Source of the DNA: Microbotryum violaceum
Taxonomy: Eukaryota
Reading direction: 5' to 3'
Assembly (NCBI GenBank): GCA_001244265.2
Contig: CDLV01000008.1
Coordinates: forward strand, 2,170,001-2,234,000
Length of the DNA stretch: 64,000 nucleotides
Part shown: piece by piece, positions 13,425 through 26,435 of the stretch
Layout of the letters: every line of letters starts with the position of its first letter
Numbering within the stretch: the stretch's first letter is position 1
Notes under the pieces: model-generated
Seen by the model: only the letters and a program-made list of their open reading frames with translations
Told to the model about the DNA's origin: nothing
Database searches by the model: none
Program-made: the position numbers and the translations under genes

Positions 13425-13748
13425 GGGGGTGCTGTGGGCCTCGGTCGGGGTAGTCTGTTTGGCGTATTGCTTGTGTTCATTTATGTCATCGCACACGACC
13501 ACTATGTTCAAATACGAGATGAAGATCACCGTACAAGGGAGATGAGGGAAACTGCAGGACTTGAGCAACCCCTTCATGATCAGAGGTTTATGAGGTCAAG
13601 TTTTCCGAAGAAGGTAAAGGCGCCTTTCCGAAAAACACAGCCACCCTCATTTCGTCTCACCAGAATCGAATCTCTTGATGTCATATACTTTCAATTTTTT
13701 CAATATGCTCTTCAAACCTCATACCTCAACTCCACCCCTTGACCACTG

Positions 13749-16527
13749 TTAAGGTCCCTCCACCTTTCCTTTACTCTCCCTCATCAACCTCTTCTTGTAC
13801 AAACGTTCCTTCAACTCCCCCACCCTCTTCTCTGACTTGTTGGCTTGCAACGTACGACGAAGTAGAGCTTCGGATGCAAGCGCTATTTCCGTGGAAGCGA
13901 TGGAAGAAGGTTCCAAGAGTGAAGAAGGTGAGGGTAAAACGGCTTGAGTAATAAGTTGTTTCTCATGCTCCAATCGCTCAAGAATGAGTTGACGCTTCGC
14001 TTCAGAGTAAATTATTTTCTTTGACGTGATCATTGGATCGTCGTAGAGGATGTTCCGCGAAGAATTTTCTTCGATCGTTAGTGAGTCTTTCGTTTTGGGT
14101 AAAATTTGAGAGTTGGTGATTGACGATTCGACTCGAAGACGTTTCTTGAGTAGTTTTTGCTTCAGTTCTAATCCACGAGCGGCGAGTTGTCCTCGTGCGG
14201 CCCAATTCGTTATCGTCTTGGGGAGGGGGGGCGAAGAAGGTCCTACGACCGGTGGTGGCGATGGTGGTGAAGGTGAAGAGGGAGAAACCTCTGCGAGGAC
14301 GTGTGGGGGTGGGGTAATTTTGTTGGAGAGAGCGGTGCGGTATTCGGCCATCAGGCGTGATTGTAGCTCTTCGCGAGAGATCGTACTTGACCTTCTTTGG
14401 GACTCGGAGGACCGTACTTCGCTCGTTGACGAGGGTTCAGGGGAGTGATTCAAGACGGGGGAGACGGGGGAGACTTCATCGATAGTCGTCTTGGATTTCG
14501 TTCGTTCGATGGTATTCACCATAGGGGTTGCCGATTTCGCGATGCCAAAAATCGAGAGACTGACTTTAGCAGCGCCGGCGGAAGCGTCGGGAGCTTCGTG
14601 CGTGGTTGAGAAAGTTACGCCGTTCGTTGGAGGCGGAACTGAATGTGATGGCGGTGTAGGCTCTCGGAGAGGCGTGCCGAAGAGTGAGAGGATGCCGGAG
14701 GATCCTTCGTCTGCGCCGGGTTCGAGCGTCGCAGTAGGACGAGTCGAGTCAAGATTCGAGTGTCGTGAAGAGGGTCGACTCGGAGAAGGAGGTCGATTCA
14801 GTGATTGGCGTGAAGGCGCTCGAGGCGGTGGTCGAGCAGCCAACACCGGCGAGCGAGGCGCAGAAGAAGGTGATCGTCGTCTTGTATCTCTATGATCGTT
14901 CCCTCGGTCGTGGCGATCTTTCGAACGAATTCGATAATGCGAGCCTTCGTCGCCTCGTCTATCGTAAGAAACCCTCCTCGCCCATCTCGAATCGTGGTCA
15001 CCTCGATCATATCGTCCGTTCGATGCCTCCCAACCCCTCCGGCTGTCGACCCCTTTACTAAACCTCGGCTCCCTGTCCCTCTCCTCCCCCCTCGGCACCT
15101 CCACCTTCTCCGGCCTCCCATACTGCACGAACCGATCATAATCCTCCAACTTGTCAAACGGGCTTCTCGCGAACGTCACAATCTCATGCGCCAAATGTTC
15201 AGCTTGTGCTTGCGGTACAAAGTCAGCTAAAAGACGTATGGCCGCTGCAGAACGAAGGTCGAGTTGCGAAGCTATGGAGAGTATGTAAGTCGTAAGGAAG
15301 GCGACGTCCACTGAGGAAAATACTTGGAGCTGGGTTGTGGGAAACGAAAATCGAGCTCAACTTTCCGCTGGGTTTGTCCGTCTCTCAAGACTTATACGTC
15401 TTACTCACCTCTCTTCGGACGAAGACGAGCACCTTGTTCTTGATCGTATTGTTGTTGAGTTTGTCCGGACCGAATGGTTTGAACCCCGTATACCGATTCG
15501 AAGCGACGTGTTTGGCGAATAGACCCTGACGATAGACGAACCGACGACGTTCCAACGCCCTTTCGTTGACTTGTTCGCGCCAGCTCGCCTCGTCCATACC
15601 TGCAGCGGGGGAAGTGGCGGATTCGTTTCGGCGTCCATAGAGGGCATGGCGCGGGAGGGAGGTGACGCTCGGTCGACGGTGCGAGGTCGATGAGGCGGGG
15701 CGAGAGGAGCTGATGGCTAGAAGACGGTGATCTTCGGCGGCGGTCGAGGTGGACGGGGAGCCCAAGGGTACGAGGTGGTGGGTCTGGAAGTCCTTGTTGG
15801 ATCGGATGTTGTAGATGAGCTCTTTGAAGGGGCCGAGGCAGAGTGGGCACTGTGGGGTAGGTGGTGCGAGGTGGTAGATGAGGTGAGGAGAAGCACGAGG
15901 TGAGAGTATGGAGATCTTGCTCGATGTGACTTGCCTTGCGTGATTGATCGGACCAAGCTCGGATGCATTCCCAGCAGAAAAGTGAATGAAGACACGGTGT
16001 GATGACGGTCTGCCAAGACCAGATGCAGATACTCCATAGATAGGCGCGCGCGAGGGAATGTGGGGGATCGAGTGGGGTGGGGGGGGGGGGAACAGGGGTC
16101 AGGACAGCTCGAGTCAGCCGATACGCTCCTAGTGCCGCGTTCGTACCTTGTTATGAATTGGGGATAAGCAAATTGCACAGTGTTCCACCTCGTCGTCGTT
16201 GTCGTCTTCGTCGGTCTTGTGATGATGCCCACGATCACCGACCTCGTCCTCGCTGGCGCTGCTCCTGCGACGGAGCACATCCCGATCCCGGTCGTAGTCC
16301 CGACTCGGGCGAGAGAAGGAACGGCGTGGCTCTCTAACCCCGGATGAGGCAGTTAAATCTGTGCATTCGATATTGTGCAAGCATTAGAATAGGAGACTCT
16401 CGGGACTGCTTGACCCGAGGTACGCACCGAACGAGAGCTGACGCGATGAGGCCGTTTTCTGAAAGAGCGGGATGCGATCCTCGTCATCGTTGTCGAGTGA
16501 GAGGCGTCTTCTCTTGGGGGAAGGCAT
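13749..16527 (-). CDS. Topors-like RING-finger protein (putative E3 ligase) with long low-complexity C-terminus
   Basis: Spliced RING pieces CAICLSPIHNK / CIRAWSDQSRK / CPLCLGPF; LERRRFVYRQGLFAKHVASNRYTGFKP; HLAHEIVTFARSPF...YDRFVQY. Confidence 0.8.
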
Positions 16528-16636
16528 GCTAGCTTGGCGGGGTGGGCAGGAGGGGTGGTGGAGTGCGCGGTACCACGACGAGGGAGCGAGTGCGTGAGAG
16601 GCAAGGGGAGCGCGTCGCAGAGCCCAGATCGGCGGG

Positions 16637-16700
16637 CCCCACTAAGGTCTCACTAAGGTCCCACTAGGGTCCCACTAAGGTCCCACTAAGGTCCCACTAA
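16637..16700. repeat. 11-bp minisatellite (GTCCCACTAAG, ~6 copies)
   Basis: ccccactaag gtctcactaag gtcccactagg gtcccactaag gtcccactaag gtcccactaa. Confidence 0.9.
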
Positions 16701-17304
16701 AACAGACTAAACTCCATTAACCCACCAAGAAGAGCTTCGTTGCGCGCGCGCGGTAAGGCCGCTTTTTCGATCTTTGGCCCGGGGAAAGCTTGGAATAAGG
16801 TGTGGGTTTCCATTGCTCTAGAGCGAGAGGAGTACGCGTCCACTACGCGTCCCTGCCTGGGGCCGATAAAAACCAGTCTCTCGCTCGCTCCCCCCTTTCA
16901 CTTACACTCACTCCACACCTGGCCACACCGCGCAACGCACTACGCTCCTGCTCGGTACAGCGACGATACAGCGTCTCCAGCTTGTCAAGTTCCTCGACGG
17001 CTGTCTGCGGCTCGCGTCCGGTGTCAATTCTCAGCAGACTCACCGTCCAAGTCGTCCTGCCAACGGGAGAGTCGCCGTTCCGTCCCGACGAAAACGGCTC
17101 GCGTTGTCGCCTCGGGCTATTTTGCCGAGTGAGATCTGACGCGATTGTGAATCATGCGGCTGTCTTGGTACCACGCGATTGGACAGCTTCACCCTCCTCA
17201 AATACCTTCATCAAGTTGTCAGCCTCATCAGTAAGTTGGGTCTGCAATTTGTCGCCTCGACCCACTTCTGATCACCTGGGGCTTCTAGCCAACCGCTGGC
17301 GGCA

Positions 17305-18456
17305 GTGGTGCCCGAATCAGACGACTCGTACTCGGAGCTTGCTCTGCCACGCAAGTATGCCCGAATCCACGCAGCGAACACCGCCACCCATAGAAAGAAG
17401 CCCACGACTGAACGGTCACATGGGAAAATTGGTGCAACTAGAATGGTGCGAGTTTCCCCGGCGCTGCAGAGATACCTGGAGGAGGCGGATCTGCAGCGCG
17501 ATCGCCGGGTCGAGGCCATCGAGGTGCCGCACACGCACAAATGGGGATCTGAGGCCGACATGGTGCCGCTTGTGAAAGCGATCATGGGCGTGGTGAGGCA
17601 CATCCACGTTTTTCCATTATTTTCTTGTTCATGTCTTGAGCGGGTAACTGACCTCGCCATTCCGCACTGCAGGCCTCCGAGTCAACAGACCGAGCCTTTG
17701 TCGTCTGTGGACGCTCGAACGACACGGTCCCGACCGCGCAGGGGCAGGTGCCCTCCGACGACCACTGCGCAGACATAGTCTGCCTTTACCCGCACGCTAC
17801 GACTCCCGAAACGATCGAAGAATGGCTGCGAACCGACCTCGAGCGCCTGATAGGGGAAAAGGCGTCGTCGATCTCGAGTCAGCAAGCCCGACGGCCGACA
17901 CCTAGACGACGTCGTCGTCGTTGGGGAGCTCAAGGAATCCGAGCGCCAGGCCAATAAGGCAGAGGCGCAACTGCTCCGCCGTTTCTATCGGATGACCTCC
18001 ACCAATCCTATCCAAGAATGCACAATGGGCTTTACCATTTGTAGTAAACAATTTGCGAGTGTACGTACACATGGCCGCCGGGATCATTCGATCCGACCCG
18101 ATCGACTGTTCCACGCCAGCCGGCTTCCGCTGCTTGATGCTGCGCATCCTCGAAGACGACCCTCGATCGCTCGGCACCAGGTCGCACCGAAGGATCGAGA
18201 CGGGAAGAGTTCGACGCCGGTGAACGTCAGGTCCAAATTCGAACTTCGAGTTATTCACAACGTTTCCTTGCACCTCCACGATGTTAGGATCAAGAGCGCG
18301 GGTGTCTACACCGTCAACTTGCTCCGTAGACGCCGTTCGCCCAACATCTCACACGGCGATACTAAGCATGATCGACGAAGAGAGAGTGCGAGTCGCTTCA
18401 ACAGAATATTTACCATGGTCCCGTTGCTTTGTGTTGCCCAAAACGTCATCGCATAG
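17305..18456 (+). pseudogene. Degenerate FunK1-associated REase-like N-terminal fragment with no kinase domain visible
   Basis: ADIVCLYP in one frame, then LDDVVVVGELKESERQANKAEAQLLRRFYRMTSTNPIQECTMGFTICSKQF in another; resembles the VVGELK...QP.R.FV.GFTLCG segment of fungal-type kinases. Boundaries approximate. Confidence 0.55.
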
Positions 18457-18707
18457 TTGATTCAAACTGGCTTCAAACATTTGTGCAATGAGATCCAGAC
18501 GGTTGCATGAGTGCGCAGAGTGGGCGGGCGAAAGCCAGGCGCATGAAGGAGAGAGTCGAATCTAGTGTTTAGGAGCTCACGAGGGTACACCAGCGCAGCC
18601 AATTCCCCAAACAGAGCGGAAAATTGACAATGCAAAGGCGATATCTGAGCTACAAATAAGAAGCTTTTCGTGCCTCACTGGGCTCTTCAGCGTTTTCAAG
18701 CCGCACC

Positions 18708-21047
18708 TCAATCCTCCGAAGAATGGCCTCGTCTGAACTGTGTCAAGTCAGTGATCAGTTGGTCGTGTGAAAAATCGCCCCTTGCCCAGCAAGGATCGAG
18801 TTCGGCGACTTCGTCAACCCGGTCGGTCCACAAGCGGCGTTGCATACCCAGCCCAGTGTATTTGGCAACGATGGCCACCAGCTCGGGCAAGCCCTTCCAA
18901 TGCTCCTCGTAGGGCTCGAAGAGTTCCCGGCGTCCCTGCGGCGTCGCCAGCCATAAAGTTTTATAGAAAGCGCCGCTGGCCGAATTCCATTGCTTCCATA
19001 TGTCTCTCGCTTCCTCATACATTCCCGCTGGGTCGTCAGCTCCTTTGGGCAGGATGAACATGACGAACACGGCGACGTATACGAGTGACTCCAAGTCATG
19101 CCAGGACTGGTGGAAGAACGGAGCGTTCTCCGCGTCGTTCTCGAGCAGGTCTCGCGCGCGGAACGGGAACGTCCCCTGCGGAAACAAGTAGGTGAAGGTT
19201 CCAGTCAGTGAAGGGTGCGCGCCAGAGAGGTGTGCTAGTTTGCATAGACTCAAGGAAACCCACCACAAGCTTCCTTCGTTCGGCGTCACCCTCTGGCCCG
19301 TCCATAAACACCGCAGTGTCGTAGTCGATCAATACTCCCCTACCATCGGATGCGACCATGACGTTCGCTGCAGACACGTCGCGATGGAGGATGCGGAGGC
19401 GGTGAAGACTGCGCAAACCTGTAATGGGTGGGTACCAGCCTCATGATCAGCCAAACGGTGTAAAGACCCCTCCCTCTTCGCCGATGGACACATGCGGTAT
19501 CCATACCTTGAGCAGCACCCAGAATGACGGTTGCCAACGCTTCGGTCGAATCGGCGACGCAGATCGGCTCGAAGCAGTGCTCGTGAAACACGACTTCCAT
19601 CGCTCGCGGCTTGAGACCCAACGCGCTGGCGTCGAGGGTGTCAGGGAGGAAACGGGGAACAAGGACAAAGTCACTCTCGCGATACACGTCGACGATGTTG
19701 GTGAGCCCTTGCCGATCCTCGGGTGACGCGTTGGCGATGGCGAGACGGATGCGATCGTGTTCGTCGCAGCGAGCTTCTTCGACGTACGAGACCGTCATCG
19801 CGTACTCAGTGTGGGCAGTCGACCCTGCGCTCGTGGCGGAAACGCGGTAGGCCGAGCTGCGACGTCCGAACATGGAGTTGGACCAGTACAGCGGCTCAAG
19901 AATCTGGATGGCGTCGAGTCTGGGATCTCCCCTTCTGAACGGCGCAGGTCGAGGGGGCAGGGCCGAGGAAGGGATAACGACGGAGGTGGGGAAGGCGTCC
20001 TCACACGAGACGCGATGATGCCAACGTCGCGATCGCTCAAGCTAAGCAATCTAGCCAGAAAAGTCGAAAGGTGCCCACTCGCTTCGGTACAGTAGATCGC
20101 AGGGCTGCAAAAATGTCCACTCGGAGTACGAAGCATGATTTCGAGTTTTTGCTCGTGCAAGAGGAAACCAAACACGTGGGATCGCATCGAATGCGAGACG
20201 AGCATGCGAAGGGATCGTTCTAGCCGCACGTCGCCGTAGACAAAGTTGGAGCGAGGTGAAGCATCGACCGGGCGGGCGCCAATTTCGGCAACGGCAGCGA
20301 GCTGGGTTCCGCTACAAGGACCACCCCACTGGTCGTCATCGGCCGAGGTCCACGTAGCTCCGATGTTCTCGTTGGTCTTGATAGCCTCATGGGTAAAAAC
20401 GAGGAGGTCAGGGAGGGCCTCTGGGCGGTCGAGCTTGTCCTTGTTCTCTGCTTGGAAGCTCAAGATGCGACCTCGACTCTTCTGTTCACTCGGTGATCAA
20501 ACTCAGCTCGGGCACGTTCACCAGACACCCATGTTCATCAAGTGCCCTGCACGCACTCACCAACGTCGGCTTTCCGTCTTCCCACACAATCTCTGGGACG
20601 ACCGTCGTGTCAATGTCGTCGGTCAACGGCGCGAGGAAAAAGTCCTTTGATCCCGCCCATTGGATCTCGCTGTCTCCGTCGTAACTCTCGTCGGATGAGG
20701 AGCCCAAAGACCTGAGCCTAGCCATGCCACTGACACCCTGAAAGGGGGGTGGCTTGGTGTCGCTTTGAGCCGGGGACGACGTGGCCAACGCTGCTTTGGG
20801 CGCTGACGTTGCTTCTTGGTCGGACCCATACGACTGAGACTTATCGTCCCATTGCGGTGGGGGGCGAGGACCAAGTGGCCGACCCGGCGGTGGATGCGCC
20901 GCACGCGGGCGAGTCGAATTTGAACGATGGGCTTGTCGAAGGCGAGCTGTGGCTGTGTTGACTCGTACTGGGAGAATCGGGGGGCGTTCGCCGTTCAGTG
21001 TAGTGTTCAGCGCTGCTGCGGCTCTCGCCGGGTTGAGCCTGGGACAT
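18708..21047 (-). pseudogene. Fungal-type protein kinase (FunK1/Pkinase_fungal), frameshifted
   Basis: ILHRDVSAANVM, GVLIDYDTA, GTFPFRARDLL, HDLESLVYV and MFGRRSSAYRV; reading frame changes near 20860, 20490 and 20000. Confidence 0.8.
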
Positions 21048-21332
21048 TTTGAGTACGAGGGGAACGTGAAGCGAGCTGTTGAATGTTGAATATTGAATGC
21101 TGTACACGACGCAACGACGTAGTAGTTGGGAGACGGCCGTCGCAGCGGGTCGACTCGCCTCACGTGACGAGGGTACTACGACGCACACAAACCAGTGGAT
21201 TGGCGTACGAGGGTAGAAAGACAATGATAACGGGTGTCAATAGCGACGATGTAGTGTGCGGCGATGAAGCGACGGTTCAGGCAAAAGGTCAAACCGCGTC
21301 GAGGCGCGCCTGTCGAGCGCTGGTCAAGCATG

Positions 21333-21788
21333 TCAAACCCGAAAGCCAGCGAAAGCCCCCGGTTGCCATGTCTCCGAGAGGTCTGTCCGATGACGCTTCG
21401 GGCTAGGGACCGTTGGCGATGGAGGAGGGTTTGGTTTACGTTTCGGGCGCCGCCTGGTCGGGCTACAGTTGATACCGGCGACGTAGCCGAAGGACCTCAC
21501 CAACTGCTCGCTATTTGGGGACAAGACGGCGCGCTCCTCCCTTCGAGCTCGTACAGCCCATGACCTCTTTTTCTTCTTCTCCTTCGCTTTCGCCTCCTCC
21601 GTTGCCATGGTGGCCCTGTTTTCGATCGAATCCTCGGTGGTCACGGTGGTAGTACTAGTAGCCTTCTTCTTCCTCCGTCTCGTCAGGATCTTTTTGAGCT
21701 TGGTCTTGGTCTGCTTGTCCTTCTCTTTCCCTACTAAGGGCGCTGGATTTGGTTGTGGCGATGGCGGTGTGTGGCGCAGAAAGTTCAT
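21333..21788 (-). CDS. Hypothetical lysine-rich ORF
   Basis: ATG-initiated open frame with basic clusters (KKILTRRRKKK, KEKKKKR); no family recognised. Confidence 0.3.
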   Translation of the reverse strand: MNFLRHTPPSPQPNPAPLVGKEKDKQTKTKLKKILTRRRKKKATSTTTVTTEDSIENRATMATEEAKAKEKKKKRSWAVRARREERAVLSPNSEQLVRSFGYVAGINCSPTRRRPKRKPNPPPSPTVPSPKRHRTDLSETWQPGAFAGFRV

Positions 21789-22487
21789 GCTTGAAGCGAT
21801 GTCAATGGGTACAAGGCGGTGGGGGGTGCCAGTGTGTGCTGAGGCAAAGAGCCGACTAGCGGAGGCGAGTAACAAATGCACGAATTTTAGCCGCTATTCT
21901 TGCCTCCGGGGAAGGATGGTATACCATGCATGTACCAACGTTTTCCTAGGCAGAAGGTCAGCCTGGCTCATGCTCGTATTGCGGTAAGCTTTGTCAGAGC
22001 TTGGCCCATCAAGCGTGGCAGTGGATCGCGGCTGGGCGGGTGTGGAGCAGAGCGCTGGCGGCGCTCTTGGTGTGCGCGCGCGCGACCTTTCCGGCCCGCG
22101 CGCGGAGGACCCCCGAAAGCCCAGCCGGAGGCGCTTTTTTTTTTTTATTTTATACATTTTGAGGACCCAAAATCCTGAAAATCGTCGAGGCGCATCGCAA
22201 AAAATTGACATTTAGATTTTGACATTTTCCCGTGAGTCGGCCCAATTTTGGCCTACCCTGAGCAGCCTACGGCATCGCTTTGGGCCCGTTTGCCTTCGCT
22301 TCGAAACGCGCTTCGCGATGCTCGCGCTTGAACAAGTCACTAGCCATTTTCGCTAATCACTTTAGTTCAGTGGCTGTTAGAGAATATTAGGGATTAGATA
22401 CCCCTATCGAGTAAGATAAAAATGACGGGGCCCCTGAGGTTCCGTTCCGCTTCACTTCGTTCTGACACTGGAGCATAGCACGACGAA

Positions 22488-25400
22488 ATGATTCCATGCT
22501 TGTTTCTTGACGAAGATCAGGACTACTATTTGCACGACGATGACTTTGATCGATTATTGCCGCTCACCAACGTGACGGTTGCCGAGCTCCTCGCCTTCGA
22601 TGTCGCTCCCGCCGACGCGTCTCTTCACATCGAGTTGTCCAAAGACGAGCCCACCCAGTATTCGACCTTACCCTACCCGACTCTTCAGACCAGAGACACG
22701 TTTCTCGCTACCGATGCTCTGATCAATGCACGCAAGAAAGGATATCGATCTTTGGCCGTCGGGTCGACGTGTTTGCCGCTCGGCGCCGATCGGCTATGGT
22801 CAGAGTACGACCGAGCAAAAGACGTTCAAAGCTGGGCCCTACGAGCTCAACGATGGATGGACAAAATCATCGTTATCAACGAAATTGACCGCAACCGTAT
22901 CGCTGTCGCACGTCGCATACTGAACGGATTGCAATGGCAAGAACAAGACGGGCTTCTACCATTGCCTCTTCTTGCAAGTGGAACGTGTTTGGTTTATCTC
23001 CTGAGATTCTTAAGTCAGTACACCAATCCTTCAGCTGGCCACTCGTATTCATCTCGTATCTGAGGCAACTTGCTTATTCGCGTCTCTACCCAGGTCATGA
23101 TTGGCTCGGTGAAGCCGCGGTGAACTTGTCAATTGAAAGCGTCCTTCGAGCTGGACGAGTGCAGAATCCCGATTTCGAAACATCGTATGGACTTATACCC
23201 TCCACCGTCATCTCCTTGGTAATGGCTCGCCCTCCCGACTCGGATCCTCATTCGATCTTCAAAGCCTGCTTTTTCGGCCCGCCAAACCAGTATCGGAATC
23301 TCATCGAGCTAGGCGATTGCATGCGCAACACGCCGATCTCAAAGTCAATCTTGTTTCTACCCCTCTGCTCCGACAGCCATTGGGTCCTGGCCCGCATCAA
23401 CATGCACAAGCGGACATGGTCTGTGATCAACCCACTCTCCGCCACTCCGATCGCCGCGGCTACTCGGACGGCCGTCCTTACGCTATTCAAATTTCTGAAG
23501 CTGGACATCAAAAACGAGTTCCCTCATAATCCTAAGGCGGAACAACAGGAAGACAGCTACTCGTGCGGGCCGGCTACGATCAATGCAGTGGAGACGGAGG
23601 TGCTCGGGATTGGGTCATTCAACGCAGCGCGCGCTCACATGTCACGGCTCCGTCAATTCTGTCGTTCATCCTCTCTGGCTGGTGCTATCGAGGATCCCAA
23701 AGAGATCGGATCCATCGTTGCCACGGGCGCAAAATCAAAGGCAAAGTCTGGGAGGGGATCCGCTGCCGGAACACTGAGCAGCAAGAGCACGTCGGCAGAG
23801 TCCGGCAAGGCAGCGACAATCAAGCCAACAAATCAACGAGTCGCATCATCCTCAAAAAACCCGCCAACTTCTCGACTTCAAACGACCTTCACCAAGGTAT
23901 CGAAGCCGACGAAAGCTCGAGCTCACCCCGAGGAGCATACGACGTGGGCTCGCGACCATCCGCCTCTTTTCAGGAGGTTTGCTGAAAAAGTCGAAGATCT
24001 TTGCCCGGGATCGAATGTCGACGTCAACAATCCAAAGTACGTGCGGTGTGGACGTTGTTATGGCTTGGTTCCAATGGCGGCCTTGCTGTGCAAGGCACGA
24101 TTTCAGTTACATCTCGGCAATAAGAAGTGTGTCAACCTCCAACCCATCAGCAATTTCTTCAGACCTATCGCCTCTGGCTCAACTGCTACCAGCCCCTCGC
24201 TAGGACCGTGCCCCGGCCTTACGTCTGAAACGGCGATACATTATCTTTCATCAACTGCGGCGCAGGGTGGCGGGGCCCCTCCTCGACGGACGCTTTGTTT
24301 GCGCCTCTATCCCAAAATTGGTAAACGACCAATGACGGAGCTCGAGAGGAAGGAGGTGGACAAATTGGAAGCGAATGAATGGAAGTGGCGCAACGATCAT
24401 CGAGCACCGCGCATCATCAGTGTGAATTGTCGCAAGTATAGCGCTCGAGATTCGATCAACAAGGACGGACCAAGCTTACCGTGTGAAGAATGCGCGAGGC
24501 TTCCTACGAATTCATCCTGTCGAGCAGCTCTTCGACGTCAATATGCTGCTGGCGCAACTCGCAAATACACCAACAAGAAATATGTCGCGGGCGATACACT
24601 TCTCTCGGCCATCTACCGGCGACATCACGGACTAGAAGAGATCCTGGATGACAACGGTCAAGGGACCGTGTATCTACGATTCGCGCAAGGTGTGGCCTCA
24701 GGAGAATTTGACGGAGCGAACATCTTGGAGGGATTGGTGAAAGCGGCTACGGTCAAGCACGATCGGATGGTCAAGGGCAAATCAATGCGAGGCTTTGTGC
24801 GGTCCGAAGCGCTGCGTGACTTAAGACCGAGGCGGCGGGATCACGTCAAGGCTACCATTATACCTACAACGACCTCGACGATCTTGACCTTGTTGCGATG
24901 CGAACGTACCCCAGTGATGGCGACATCTCTCTCACCAATTTTGCAGCGGCAAATACTGCGCGTGAACTGCTTTCAGGTTTACGCATGTGGGAGCCTGTGC
25001 AACGCATCGCGTCCAACAGACGCAACCAAGGCCCACAACCTGACATACTCGTCGAGGACGTACTCGCCCATGGCACAACAGTTCAAGGTAGTTCCGAACG
25101 ACTTGGTTTACAAGTGATGCGTATCTGACACGGGATACCATGCCCACTTGAAGTAGATCTTGAAGACCATCATCCTACCAAGGAAGATCAAGGTCTGCTC
25201 CGCACCGAATTGCTGGATTCTGCTCTTGATGGCATGCGGCGTAGCACGTGCCAAGGTGTTGTGAAACTGGACGCAAACGAGCGGGAAGCTGTCGACTGTG
25301 CAATTCGATCGCTTGCAGCTCTGGACTTTGACGTTGAGGCAGCCTTGTGAGTGGACACTTCACTGTGCCACGTGCGCTGAAGCGTGCTTCTACCTTTTAA

Positions 25401-26294
25401 TCCGGACCTCATATTGTTCTCCTTTCTCATTGGCCAGACTCGACGTGCAAATCGCTTACGACGAAGCTGACAGACAAGCTGAGGAACGCTACGTACTCGA
25501 GACCATTGAGAAGGCAAACAGCTCATTACGTCCAATCGTGGAGAGGCAGGCTTAGAGATTAGCAATACAGAGCAAGGACGCAGTGCAGTACATTCACGCG
25601 TCTTGAAAGGGTTGGTGCAGTCCATGGGACCATCTCGCTTCGAAGACATTGCGGGCACCGCAAGGAGCTTTCGCTGGACTGGAGATGGCCAGGTGGCCCG
25701 AGCGCTCACAACAAACGAGATTCAGAAGAACGCCTATATTGAGGACGGCCGCATTCAAGTGAGTTGTTGCTGAATTTAGGAACGAAGGCAGCTGGATCTA
25801 ATGTTTTGCCGGTCCTATACTTTTAGGAAAAGCTCCCTGAGAGAGACAAGCAGTATGGAGCGCTAGCACAACGCTATCCTCATTTTGGATCGCTTGACGG
25901 AGCTGTAACCGCTGCCACACCATTGGAGATTGGATCTCTGATCTGCTTTGGCCTCAAGTGTGGCATGCATTCACTCAGCGGCGATCAAACTGTTTATGGA
26001 GAAGAAGCGCTGTCTATCGGAATTGGTACGTTGTTTTGAGTGGCAGTTGAGGAAGTTCTCGTTTGACACAAGTCTTGTGTCCTACAGTGCGACACATCTA
26101 CAGCAAGGTGCATGATTGATGGTCGACAGGTCATCGAGTCATTAGGCCCATCAACGACTACATATCGTTCAACCACGGACCTTACCTCATGTTACCCGGA
26201 CGAGCGCCTAATCAGCACGAGCGCACATGCCGAGCAAAGGTTTGCCGCCCTTCGGAGCGTGCCCAGCCTGCCAAGTCCGCCGGCAGTATTGTAA
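22488..26294 (+). pseudogene. Ulp1/C48-like cysteine protease fused to a Cys-rich transposase-like protein; internally disrupted
   Basis: WLGEAAVN, LFLPLCSDSHWVLARI, INPL, QQEDSYSCG (C48 motifs); RCGRC...HLGNKKC, PCPGLT, WRNDH, NCRK...PCEEC; frame break near 24820 and fragmented 3' region. End coordinate approximate. Confidence 0.7.
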
Positions 26295-26313
26295 AAATGT
26301 TCTCATGTGGTAA

Positions 26314-26435
26314 CTGATGAAGACCACGACTCAGTCCAATGGAACGGGACGAGAACAGAGTGAGTAGGATTCCAGAGAATGCATACCTGATGAAGACCAC
26401 GACTCAGTCCAATGGAACGGGACGAGAACAGAGTG
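26314..26435. repeat. 49-bp direct repeat, two copies (26314-26362 and 26387-26435), inside the TIR element
   Basis: ctgatgaagaccacgactcagtccaatggaacgggacgagaacagagtg occurs twice. Confidence 0.9.

Noticed and set aside
26314-26435. CTGATGA at the start of the 49-bp repeats suggested hammerhead ribozymes; the repeat-gap-repeat layout suggested CRISPR
   Set aside because: No stem II followed by GAAA and no flanking stems; only two copies in a eukaryotic transposon. A simple duplication explains it.
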